Assembly (NCBI GenBank): GCA_963741925.1
Contig: CAVUJU010000005.1
Coordinates: 2,369,447-2,433,446 of the forward strand
Direction of reading: 5' to 3'
Origin: an uncultured Acidobacteriota bacterium
GTDB lineage: Bacteria; Acidobacteriota; Thermoanaerobaculia; Multivoradales; DATKCC01
Length of the DNA: 64,000 nucleotides
The notes beneath the pieces were generated by a model that worked only from the letters and a program-made list of their open reading frames with translations, had not been told where the DNA came from and searched no databases. The stretch's first letter is position 1, and every line of letters starts with the position of its first letter. Shown piece after piece: positions 47,155-56,500 of this stretch. Position numbers and translations under genes: made by a program.

Positions 47155-49710
47155 ATGCGTCTCTCCCGTACCCTCGGCCCGGTCCTGGGCGTCGCGCTGT
47201 TCGCGGGCGCGCTCTGGATCCTGCGCAGGGAGCTGGGGGCCTACCACTACGCCGACATCGCCCAGGCGATCCGCGAGCTGGCCCCCGTGCAGCTCGCCGC
47301 CGCCCTCGTCCTGACTGTCGCCGGCTACACCCTGCTGGTGGGCTACGACCTCCTCGGCCTGGGCTACGCCGGCCATCGGCTGCCGGTGGGGCGGGTGGCG
47401 GTGGCGGCGTTCACCGGCTACGCCTTCAGCAACTCCTTCGGCAACCCCCTGGTCACCGGCGCGCCGATCCGCTACCGGTTCTATTCGGCCTCGGGGCTCT
47501 CGACCTTCGACATCGCCCGCGTCGTCGGGTTCTCCTTCGTCACCTTCTGGTCCGGCGTCCTGACCCTGGGCGGGATTCTCTTCCTGGTCGAGCCCCTGCC
47601 CATCCCGTCGGCGCTCCGCCTCCACCTCCACCTCGCCTCGGCCCGGCCCCTGGGCGCCCTGCTCCTCGCGATCGAGCTCGCCTACCTCGCGGCGGCGGCC
47701 TCCTGGCGGCGCCCCCTGCGCCTGGGCTCCTGGGAGGCGGCCCTGCCCGGGGTCCGCTTCGCCGCCGGCCAGGCGGTGCTCGCTTCGCTCGAATGGGCGG
47801 TGGCCGGCTCGGTGCTCTACGTCCTGCTGCCGGCCTCGGGGCGCCCGCCCTGGCTCGTGTTCCTCGGCATCTTCCTGTTCGCCCAGGTCGCCGGCGTCCT
47901 CTCCCAGGTGCCGGGTGGCCTCGGCGTGTTCGAGACCGTCGTCGTGCTCCTCATGGGCGACTGGGTGGCGGCCTCCGCGGTCGCCGGCTCGCTGCTGGTC
48001 TACCGCGCCTTCTACTACCTGCTCCCCCTGGTCTGCGGCACGGTCACGCTGGCGGTCTCCGAGATCGCGGAGCGCCGGCACCTCCTGACCCGCGCCGCCC
48101 GGCTGACCGGCAAGTGGGTCTCGCCCCTGGTGCCCGACGCCCTGGCCTTCACGACCTTTCTCGGCGGCGTGGTGCTGCTGGCGTCCGGGGCAACCCCCAG
48201 CCTGCACAGCCGGATGGCGTGGCTCAACGACGTGCTCCCGCTGCCGGTGGTCGAGCTGTCGCACTTCGTCGGCAGCCTCGTCGGGGTCGGCCTGCTGTTC
48301 CTCGCCTGGGGCCTGCAACGGCGGCTCGACGCCGCCTACGATCTGTCGGTCCTGCTCCTCGCGACCGGCATCGTGGTATCGCTCCTGAAGGGCCTCGATT
48401 ACGAGGAGGCGATCGCCCTGGCGGTGATGCTCGCGCTGCTCGTCTCGGCGCGCGACCACTTCTACCGCAAGGCCTCCCTGGTTCACGACCTGCCCACCGT
48501 CCGGTGGTTCGTGGCGATGGGGGTGGTGGTCCTCGCCTCGGTCTGGCTCGGCGCCTTCGCCTTCAAGCACGTCGAGTACTCCGACCAGCTCTGGTGGCGC
48601 TTCAGCATCCACGGCGACGCGCCCCGCTTCCTTCGCGCCTCGGTGGGCGCGGGGGTCCTGACCCTCGTGCTGGCGCTCACCCGCCTGATGCGCCCGGCCC
48701 GCCCCGAGCCCGAGCCACCGACCCCGGAGCTCCGGCGGCGCGTGGACGCCATCGTCGAGGCCTCGCCCCGGACCGAGGCCAGGCTGGCCTACCTGGACGA
48801 CAAGTCGTTCCTCCTCGCCCCCTCGGAGCACGCCTTCATCATGTACGCGGTCCAGGGTTCGAGCTGGGTCGCCATGGGCGACCCGGTAGGCCCCCACGAA
48901 GAGTGGCCGGACCTCGTCTGGCGCTTCCGCGAGCTCGCCGACCAGCACGCCGGCCGGCCGATCTTCTACCAGGTGGGGCCGGAGAACCTGCCGGTCTACG
49001 TCGAGGCCGGCCTCACCCTGCTCAAGCTCGGCGAGGAGGCCCTCGTTCCCCTGGCGACGTTCGACCTCGAGGGCGGAGAGCGCAAGAAGCTGCGCTACGT
49101 CCGCCGCAAGCTGGCGGCGGACGGGTTCGCCTTCGAGGTGCTCTCCGCCCAGGAGGTGCCGGCGCTCCTGCCGGAGCTCGCCCAGGTCTCCAACCGCTGG
49201 CTGGCGGAGAAGGGGGTGCGCGAGAAACGCTTCTCCCTGGGACGCTTCGACCCCACGTACCTGGAACGGCTGCCGATCACCGTCGTGCGGCGGGAGGGCC
49301 GGGTCTACGCCTTCGCCAACCTGTGGCCGGGAGCCGGCCGCGAGGAGATCTCCGTCGACCTGATGCGCCACCTGCCCGAGGCGCCCGCCGGGGTGATGGA
49401 CTTCCTGTTCACCGAGCTCCTGCTCTGGAGTCGCGCGGAGGGCTACCACTGGTTCAACCTGGGGATGGCGCCGCTCTCCGGCCTCCAGGCCCATCCCCTG
49501 GCGCCGGTCTGGAACCGCCTCGGCGCCTTCCTCTTCAGCCACGGGGAGCTCCTCTACCACTTCCAGGGCCTGCGCCACTACAAGGAGAAGTTCGAGCCCG
49601 CCTGGCGGCCGCGCTACCTCGCGTCTCCCGGCGGTCTCGCCCTGCCCCGGGCGCTCGCCGACGTCACGGCCCTGGTCTCGGGCGGCCTGACCGGAGTGCT
49701 CGGGAGGTGA
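47155..49710 (+). CDS. mprF: MprF-like lysylphosphatidylglycerol synthase/flippase
   Basis: N-terminal flippase TM domain plus C-terminal DUF2156 lysyl-transferase domain, 851 aa. Confidence 0.85.
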   Translation: MRLSRTLGPVLGVALFAGALWILRRELGAYHYADIAQAIRELAPVQLAAALVLTVAGYTLLVGYDLLGLGYAGHRLPVGRVAVAAFTGYAFSNSFGNPLVTGAPIRYRFYSASGLSTFDIARVVGFSFVTFWSGVLTLGGILFLVEPLPIPSALRLHLHLASARPLGALLLAIELAYLAAAASWRRPLRLGSWEAALPGVRFAAGQAVLASLEWAVAGSVLYVLLPASGRPPWLVFLGIFLFAQVAGVLSQVPGGLGVFETVVVLLMGDWVAASAVAGSLLVYRAFYYLLPLVCGTVTLAVSEIAERRHLLTRAARLTGKWVSPLVPDALAFTTFLGGVVLLASGATPSLHSRMAWLNDVLPLPVVELSHFVGSLVGVGLLFLAWGLQRRLDAAYDLSVLLLATGIVVSLLKGLDYEEAIALAVMLALLVSARDHFYRKASLVHDLPTVRWFVAMGVVVLASVWLGAFAFKHVEYSDQLWWRFSIHGDAPRFLRASVGAGVLTLVLALTRLMRPARPEPEPPTPELRRRVDAIVEASPRTEARLAYLDDKSFLLAPSEHAFIMYAVQGSSWVAMGDPVGPHEEWPDLVWRFRELADQHAGRPIFYQVGPENLPVYVEAGLTLLKLGEEALVPLATFDLEGGERKKLRYVRRKLAADGFAFEVLSAQEVPALLPELAQVSNRWLAEKGVREKRFSLGRFDPTYLERLPITVVRREGRVYAFANLWPGAGREEISVDLMRHLPEAPAGVMDFLFTELLLWSRAEGYHWFNLGMAPLSGLQAHPLAPVWNRLGAFLFSHGELLYHFQGLRHYKEKFEPAWRPRYLASPGGLALPRALADVTALVSGGLTGVLGR

Positions 49711-49870
49711 GAGCTCGTGAAGGAATCTCCGACCTACTGCGGGCGCCCCCGAATCGCCCCTCGCGGCGTTACGCCTCCTCGACGTAGGCCCCGCTACGCC
49801 TGCGTCGGCGCGCCTTGCGAGGGGCGCCCGGGAACGCCCTCGCGACGGCCGGAGATTCATTCACAAGCTC
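49700..49870. repeat. MITE-like element copy 3 (core conserved, ends diverged)
   Basis: CTCCTCGACGTAGGCCCCGCTACGCCTGCGTCGGCGCGCC core. Confidence 0.55.
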
Positions 49871-49904
49871 TGAGAGCTGCTACGATCGAGAGGAGGGGGA
49901 CACC

Positions 49905-50321
49905 ATGAGCCAGGTCGCCACCCGAAGAGACTCGACCGGCGCCGTGAAGCGCGCCGAGGAGGTGGAGCGGTCCCGCGTCGCGGCGGGGACGGCCACCGAG
50001 GTCCAGGTCCTGATCGACGAGCGCGACGGCGCGCCCGCCTTCCGCATGCGCCGCTTCCTCATGGGCGAGGGCGGCGGGATGCCGCGCCACACCAACCGGG
50101 TCGAGCACGAGCAGTACGTCCTCGCCGGCCGGGCGCGCGTCGGCGTGGGGGAGACGGTGCACGACGTCCAGGCGGGCGACGTGCTCTTCATCCCCGCCGG
50201 CACCCCGCACTTCTACGAGGTGGTCGAGGCCCCCTTCGAGTTCCTGTGCATGGTCCCGTCCCGCGAGGACCGGATCGAGGTGTTGGAGCCGGCGGGCCCG
50301 GGCGAGGCGCGCGGGCGCTGA
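49905..50321 (+). CDS. cupin-domain protein
   Basis: GGGMPRHTNRVEHEQYVLAG...GDVLFIPAGTPH; Shine-Dalgarno GAGGAGG. Confidence 0.7.
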   Translation: MSQVATRRDSTGAVKRAEEVERSRVAAGTATEVQVLIDERDGAPAFRMRRFLMGEGGGMPRHTNRVEHEQYVLAGRARVGVGETVHDVQAGDVLFIPAGTPHFYEVVEAPFEFLCMVPSREDRIEVLEPAGPGEARGR

Positions 50322-50368
50322 GGGCGTCCCGGCCCGTCCGTGGGGCAGGACGCCGGCCGGGTCGAAGG

Positions 50369-51676
50369 TCAGCGGGCTCCGGCCCGGCGATCCTGGTCGA
50401 GCCGGGCGATCGCGGCTTCGAGGAGATCCCGCGTGAGGGCGTCGCGCCGGGCCGCCGCCTCCAGGAGCTCGAGCGACGCGCGAGTCTCGCGCTCGACCTG
50501 CTGCTCGGCGAAGACCTGCACGGCCTCCATCGCCAGCCGTCTCGCCTCGGCCGTTCGGCCCCGGGCCAGGTGAACGAGGGCGAGCTCCAGGCCCACGAGC
50601 CCCGCGTCCCAGGCGATCCCGCGCTCCAAGGCCCGCCCCCGGGCCTCGCTGAACAGCCGCTGGGCGGCGTCGAGGTCAGCTCGGCTCCAGGCGATCCGGG
50701 CCCTCAGCCAGACGAGCAGGTTGGCCAGTTGATCGCTGGCGCCCTGGATCAGGTCTTCGTGAGCCGCGAGCTCGGCCTCGGCCCGGTCGGTCTGGCCGTC
50801 CACGTGGAGGTGGAACGCCAGGTCGTAGTGAGCGTAACCGAGGAGCCAGGACTCTGAGCCAGCATCGAGGAGGCCGAGGGCTTCCTCCGTCACGGCCACG
50901 GCGGCGCTGGACTCGTGACGTGCATAGTAGATCGCCCCGAGCGTCAGGAGGACCCTGGCCTCACTCTCCCGATCGTGGAGAAGGCTATACAGCGCCGCCG
51001 CTCGGCGCAGATGCTGAGTCGCCTCCTCGAAGCGGCCCTGGTCCTTGCGGAGCGAGCCAAGGAAGCTGTAGACCTCGGCCGGAGTCTCCAGGTCCGTCAC
51101 GCCCGACGAGTCGAGGAGCCGCTGAGCCTCTTCGAGATCCGCCTCGCCGTCGAGAAGGCGGCCCAGGGCTCGCCGGGCGTTGCCCCGGACGGCCAGGCTC
51201 GGGGCCTGGATCTCGGGGTCCGGCTTGTAGACCGCGGTCTTCTCGTTCGCCGCCAGGGCGGCGTCGGCCAGGGACTCGGCCTCGGCCGGGTGGCCCGGAA
51301 TCCTCCGCCGGGCGGCCTCCAGGAGCATCAGGCAGAAGAAGGGGCCCTTGAAGCGCACGTAGGCCCTGGAGACCTTGCTGCGGCGCTCCTCTGGTGGCAG
51401 CTTCACCACGTCCTTGACCCACTGGCGGGCCGTGTCCTCGTGGGCCTTGAGTTTCACCTCGGAGAGGTCCAGGCGCTCGCGCAGCCGCTCCAGGCGGTCT
51501 GGCGGCTCCTCGCGGCTCAGCAAGCCCGGCTGGCGCAACCGCGCCTCGTGGGTCGAGAACCTCGCCTCGCACACCTGGCACAGGGCGATGGTGTGCTCCC
51601 TCTCGATCTCGTCGAGAAGCTCCTGGGGCGCCTCGCCCCGGGCCACGGCGTCCAGCAGCTCCAGCGGAACATGCAT
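50369..51676 (-). CDS. TPR-repeat protein with N-terminal CxxC zinc-finger-like motif (possible anti-sigma/regulatory)
   Basis: ALCQVCEARF; multiple TPR-like helices. Confidence 0.55.
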   Translation of the reverse strand: MHVPLELLDAVARGEAPQELLDEIEREHTIALCQVCEARFSTHEARLRQPGLLSREEPPDRLERLRERLDLSEVKLKAHEDTARQWVKDVVKLPPEERRSKVSRAYVRFKGPFFCLMLLEAARRRIPGHPAEAESLADAALAANEKTAVYKPDPEIQAPSLAVRGNARRALGRLLDGEADLEEAQRLLDSSGVTDLETPAEVYSFLGSLRKDQGRFEEATQHLRRAAALYSLLHDRESEARVLLTLGAIYYARHESSAAVAVTEEALGLLDAGSESWLLGYAHYDLAFHLHVDGQTDRAEAELAAHEDLIQGASDQLANLLVWLRARIAWSRADLDAAQRLFSEARGRALERGIAWDAGLVGLELALVHLARGRTAEARRLAMEAVQVFAEQQVERETRASLELLEAAARRDALTRDLLEAAIARLDQDRRAGAR

Positions 51677-51815
51677 GTGCTCCTCCTAGAAAGTACAGGT
51701 GTTCAGCGCTTGCGACTCTATCTCGCCCGGTGCTCCGCTGCAAGAATATGAGACTCGGAGAAGGAGAACCGCCGGCGCCGGTGGGGGAGTGTCGCCGGCG
51801 CCGGCGCTCCAACCG

Positions 51816-52121
51816 CTAGCCGGTGGGGGCGTCGTCCGGGCTCGCCGGCGATGGTGCCGCCCACCCGTCGCCGGCGGGTTGCGGCGCGCCGTTCGGATCG
51901 CCTACAGGTCCCAAGGCTTCCCAAGCTGAACTTGGCGGCGAGGGCTCGCCGAACCCCTGCCAGAGCCCCGCCAGCCAGACGCTCACGGCTTCGATCACCG
52001 GCGTGGCGACGCGTGGCTGATCGGTGGTTCGTCGGGGCGCCGCCGCGGCGGGCCAGGCGGCGGACACCAGGGCGAGGACGACCAGGATGACGGCGACGTT
52101 CCGCACTCCGATCGTGTGCAT
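51816..52121 (-). CDS. small secreted hypothetical protein
   Basis: signal peptide VAVILVVLALVSAAWPAAAAP; weak support. Confidence 0.3.
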   Translation of the reverse strand: MHTIGVRNVAVILVVLALVSAAWPAAAAPRRTTDQPRVATPVIEAVSVWLAGLWQGFGEPSPPSSAWEALGPVGDPNGAPQPAGDGWAAPSPASPDDAPTG

Positions 52122-52439
52122 GGGATCTCCTCCCGGGAGCAGCTCCAGACGGCCGGCGGCAGGCCGGCGCCGTCCGCCCCCGTCAAGATAGTGCACCATC
52201 TTGAGCGTTTGACCTGGAAAGAGTCGCCGAACTCGGGTCCAAATTGAGGGGCAAACTTTTCGTCCCAGCGCCCCCGAATTTGCCCCTCCAGCTCGGCCCA
52301 ACTGGGGGGTTTGCATCTCGCGGCCGGTTCCCTACCCTTGTCGCATGCACGAACGATCTGTCGCCGGACGCCCGCTCGATCCCGCCGGCCCGGCGCTCCA
52401 TACGGCTCGTCGGGACGATCCCGCGCGGGGCGCCCGCCC

Positions 52440-52817
52440 ATGAGCGCCACCCGCAAGCCCCATCCGCCACTCGACCCGAGGGACCGGATCGCCTTCCGGG
52501 AGATCTTCCTCCTCCACGTCCCGGCGGCCGGGGCCGCGACCTTTCGCCAGTTCGGCCGCTACATGTTCGACACGCTGGCCGAGGGGGGACCCCGGGAGGC
52601 GCTCGAGCCTCGGGTGGGCGCCCGGGTGCGGGCACTCGCCGAGGACCTGCGGTTCTCGGCCCAGGCGCTCGCCAGGCTGGGCGGGGCGCGAGCGGAGGGC
52701 GGCCGGCCCCCGGAGGAGGCGGCCCTGGCGAAGAAAGCCGAGTCCTGGGCGCGTGAGGTCTTGGATCTCGTCCGGGCCATGGAAGCCGCGTCTGCCGGCG
52801 CGGGGGAGGTGAGATGA
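52440..52817 (+). CDS. hypothetical protein
   Basis: GC3-biased ORF from the internal ATG. Confidence 0.4.
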   Translation: MSATRKPHPPLDPRDRIAFREIFLLHVPAAGAATFRQFGRYMFDTLAEGGPREALEPRVGARVRALAEDLRFSAQALARLGGARAEGGRPPEEAALAKKAESWAREVLDLVRAMEAASAGAGEVR

Positions 52818-53158
52818 GCGGCTGCGATGGTGTACTCAAGCGACGGGTGAAGACCGCCGAGGACGCCCGCATCGTCGTGGGCACCGCCCTCGCCCTCCTC
52901 GAGGTCGTCGCCGAGGTGCTCGACAAGGTCCCGCCCCCCGAGACGACCTTCCCCTTGGGGGACCGGGGAGCTCTACCGCTACCTCCAGGCAGCCGAGGCC
53001 GCGAGGAGCTGGCTCGTGGGCCACGAGATCGGCAACAGCGTCGAGTGCCCCGCCGTGGGCTCCGCCCTGGGCGACGGCATCACGATCTACGCCTGGGACG
53101 AGGAGGAGACCGCGCGCCACTTCGCGGCCGCCCTCCGCGACTGGAGCGAGCGGCAGTG
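52814..53158 (+). CDS. hypothetical protein with a +1 frame break at the GGGG run (~52968)
   Basis: coding signal continues in the +1 frame (ELYRYLQAAEAARSWLVGHEIG...DWSERQ*). Confidence 0.35.
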
Positions 53159-53181
53159 AGCTGAGCCCGGGAGGCGCCCCG

Positions 53182-53409
53182 GTGAACGTCCTCTACGTCG
53201 CCCCCGACGGCACGGTCCGCTCCGGCCGGCTGATCGACGAGGCCGGGCCGGCAGAGGGCGAGGGCGCCACCGCCCTCGAGAGCCCGGCCGGCGCGCGCCT
53301 CGCTCCGGCCGACGTCCGAGCCCTCCTGGCGCCGCATCATCCGACCGAGCCCCAGCGCGAAGTCCTCTGGCGCGCCCACCTGGCCGGCTATCGGGTGGAG
53401 AAGGCCTGA
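53182..53409 (+). CDS. small hypothetical protein
   Basis: GC3-biased 75-codon ORF. Confidence 0.35.
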   Translation: MNVLYVAPDGTVRSGRLIDEAGPAEGEGATALESPAGARLAPADVRALLAPHHPTEPQREVLWRAHLAGYRVEKA

Positions 53410-53580
53410 GCGCATGGTCCGGATGTCCGCACTACGGATCGCGACACGAGGTCTCGTCGCGGCCCTACGTACACTTCGCGTATACTGCTCAGTGGCATCT
53501 TCGGTACCTTGGGATGATGCGCCGGCCGGGCAGCTCTCCGCTTCCCGGCGCCGGCGGCAGCTTCGAGAGGAGGCCGAAAC

Positions 53581-56500
53581 GTGGCGAATCGAGATGCGGC
53601 GAAGCTCCGTCGCTGTTGGCTCTTCACACTCGCGCCGGTCCCGGTTCGCCCGGTCGCGGCGATTCTGGCCTCGACGCTCCTGGCCTCGACGCTCCTGGCC
53701 TCGACGCTCCTGGTGCCGGCCGCCTCCGGGCAGGCGATTCCTGGAAAGGCGTGTGGCCCCGAGGTGGCAGAGGGGACCACGTTCCACTTCGAGGAGGAGA
53801 CGAGCGCTCAGCTCCCTGCTGGTGTCTGCTTCGTCACCGCGTTCCACTGCGACCAGCCCGAGGAGGATGGAGGGCCGACCTACCAGCTGCTCGACGCCGG
53901 GTGCGACCCGACGGCCGGACCGTGCCGGGTCCAGGTTCGCGTGCCGCTGAAGTTCCCGGGCAACCAGGACAACATCCACGACGGCCCCCTCCACGTCGAG
54001 GAGGTGCGCTGGTACGTCCTGTCGGCGGCCCCGTCGTGCGAGGACTCGGTCCAGTGCGGCCAGGTCTCCACCTGTGGCAAGGAGGGCACCGGCACGGCGA
54101 CCATCAACACCGAGCGCGCGGTGTTCACCGCCACCCGCAGCTTGTCCTGCGCCGACGTCCAGCACACCGACCAGCCGCTGTCGCTCACCGCCTGGGCGTG
54201 CGTCACCACCTCGGGCTGCAAGCAGCGGCTCGACATCAACGGTCTCGACCTCGACGGGCCGGACGTGGCCGCACAGATCGGCTGCCCGGACCCGCCGAAG
54301 CAGAACTGCGGCGCGGGCGACGCGTCGAGCTGCCAGGTGTGCACGCCGGCCGGGGTCGGCCCGGGCTTCGGCCTTCCCGGGTACGGCGGGCCGGGGGACG
54401 GGGCGACCGGCCCGAACGCGACGTTGCGATATTCGTCAAAGGGCGCAGGCCACCCTGGCTACCCCGGCACGCCCTCTAGGAACGTCGCGTTGGGCCGCTA
54501 CTGGAGCCACGACTACGCCGAGCGGATCGTCGCCGTCGGGAGCCCGAACCCGGAGGATCACGTCTGGATGATCACGAAGTACGGGACCTTCCGCGAGTGG
54601 AGCGCTCCGGACGCGGGCACGGGCGTCTACGCGACCGTCTCGCCGTCCGACGAGTACCGCACCCTCACCTGGACCGGCTCGGGCTGGACCTTGACCGACC
54701 TCGACGGGACGGTCGAGGAGTTCGATGCCGCGGGGCTCTGGCGCTCGACCACCGACCGCAATCTCAACCAGAAGATCGCGACCTACACGGCGGGCCAGCT
54801 CACCTCGGTCGCCCTGCCGGACGGCCGCCGGGAGGACTTCACCTACTACCCGGCGGGCGATCCCGCCGAGGGCAAGCTCGCGTCGATCACCGAGTACGGC
54901 ACGGACGGCGTCACCCACTTGCCCGCGTGGGACTACAGGTGGACCGGCGACGACCTGACCGAGATCGACCGCCCCGACGGGACGGCGCTCCTCTTCGAGT
55001 ACGACGGGACGACCGGGTACCTTGCCAAAGTCAGGCTCCGCGAGAGGAACGGCACCGCGACCCGGGTGCTCCGGGCCTGGTCGTACACCCCGGACGGTAA
55101 GGTCTCCGAGACCTGGAAGGGCGGCGACACCCCGGCCGCAGGCACCGAGGACTGGAAGCTCTCCTACGACAGCTCGACCCAGACGACGGTGACCGATCCG
55201 CTGGGCAAGCCCATCGTCTACACCTACGAGCTCGACCCGGCGAGCCCGAACGTCCGGGTGACGCAGATCTCGGGAGATTGCCCCGTCTGCGGCCTCGCCC
55301 CGAACGTCCAGCTCGGCTACAGCGATCCCGCGAACCCTCTCCGCCCCACGGCCACCACCGACGGCCGCGGCATCACCACGGCGATGAGTTACGACACCCA
55401 CGGCCAGGTGACCTCCCGGACCGAGGCCATGGGCGAGCCCGAGGCCCGGACCACCGAGTGGGCCTACGACCCGGCGTTCCCGGCCCTCGCGACCTCGATG
55501 GACCAGCCCTCGGTCGCCGGCGGGGCCTCGCTGCGGACAACCGACTGGACCCGCGACGGCTCCGGCAACCCGACGGACCGGACGATCTCGGGCTCCGAAG
55601 CCGGCTCGGCCTTCACCTTGACGACGGCGAGCAGCTTCAACGCCGCCGGCCTCCCCCTGACGATCGACCCGCCCGGCTACACGACCACCGACCAGACGAG
55701 CTTCACCTACGACGCGACCGGCCTGATTCCCATGACCCGGACCGACCCGCTCGTCGGCACGACCACCTTCGGCCACGACGCCTTCAACCGCCGGACCTCG
55801 GTGACCGACCCGAACGGCCTCGAGACCACCACGGCCTACGACGAGCTCGACCGGGTGACCGAGGTCCGCCAGCTCGGGCCCGCGACGCCCACCGACGACC
55901 TGGTGACCGCCTACGAGTACACGAGCTTCGGGGATCTCTTCCGGACCACCCTGCCCGCCGGCAACGTCGTCGAGTACGCCTACGACCCCGCCGGCCGGTT
56001 GACCTCCGTCGAGCGGCGGCCCGACGCCACCACCCACGGCGAGCGGGTCGTCTACACCCTGGACGCCGCCGGCAACCGGACCCGGGAGGAGCGCCAGCGG
56101 TGGGACGCCGGGAGCTCCACCTGGGTGCCCGTCTCGGCCACCGCCTACGACTACCAGAACCGCTGCCAGGTCGACCAGGTCCGCCAGGGCGCGGACCAGC
56201 CCGAGGAGGCGACGACCGCCTTCGAATACGACTGCGACGGCAACCTGACCTCCGTCTGGGACCCTGACCACGACCGGGCGACCGACCCGCCGACCACCAC
56301 CTATGGCTACGACCTCTTGAACCGCCTGACGAGCGTCTCTCAAGCCTGGCAGCCTCCCGGCGGGACCCCGGGCACGGCCGTCACCACGTACTCCTATGAC
56401 GTCCAGGACCACCTGACAGGCGTCACCGACGCCGAGGGGAACCCGACCACCTACGTCGACTCGGACCGGGACCTCCTGACCCAGGAGGACTCCCTCGTCT

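Noticed and set aside
47080-49860. 926-aa minus-strand ORF opposite mprF
   Set aside because: It is antisense to a clearly identifiable MprF gene and its translation is low-complexity.
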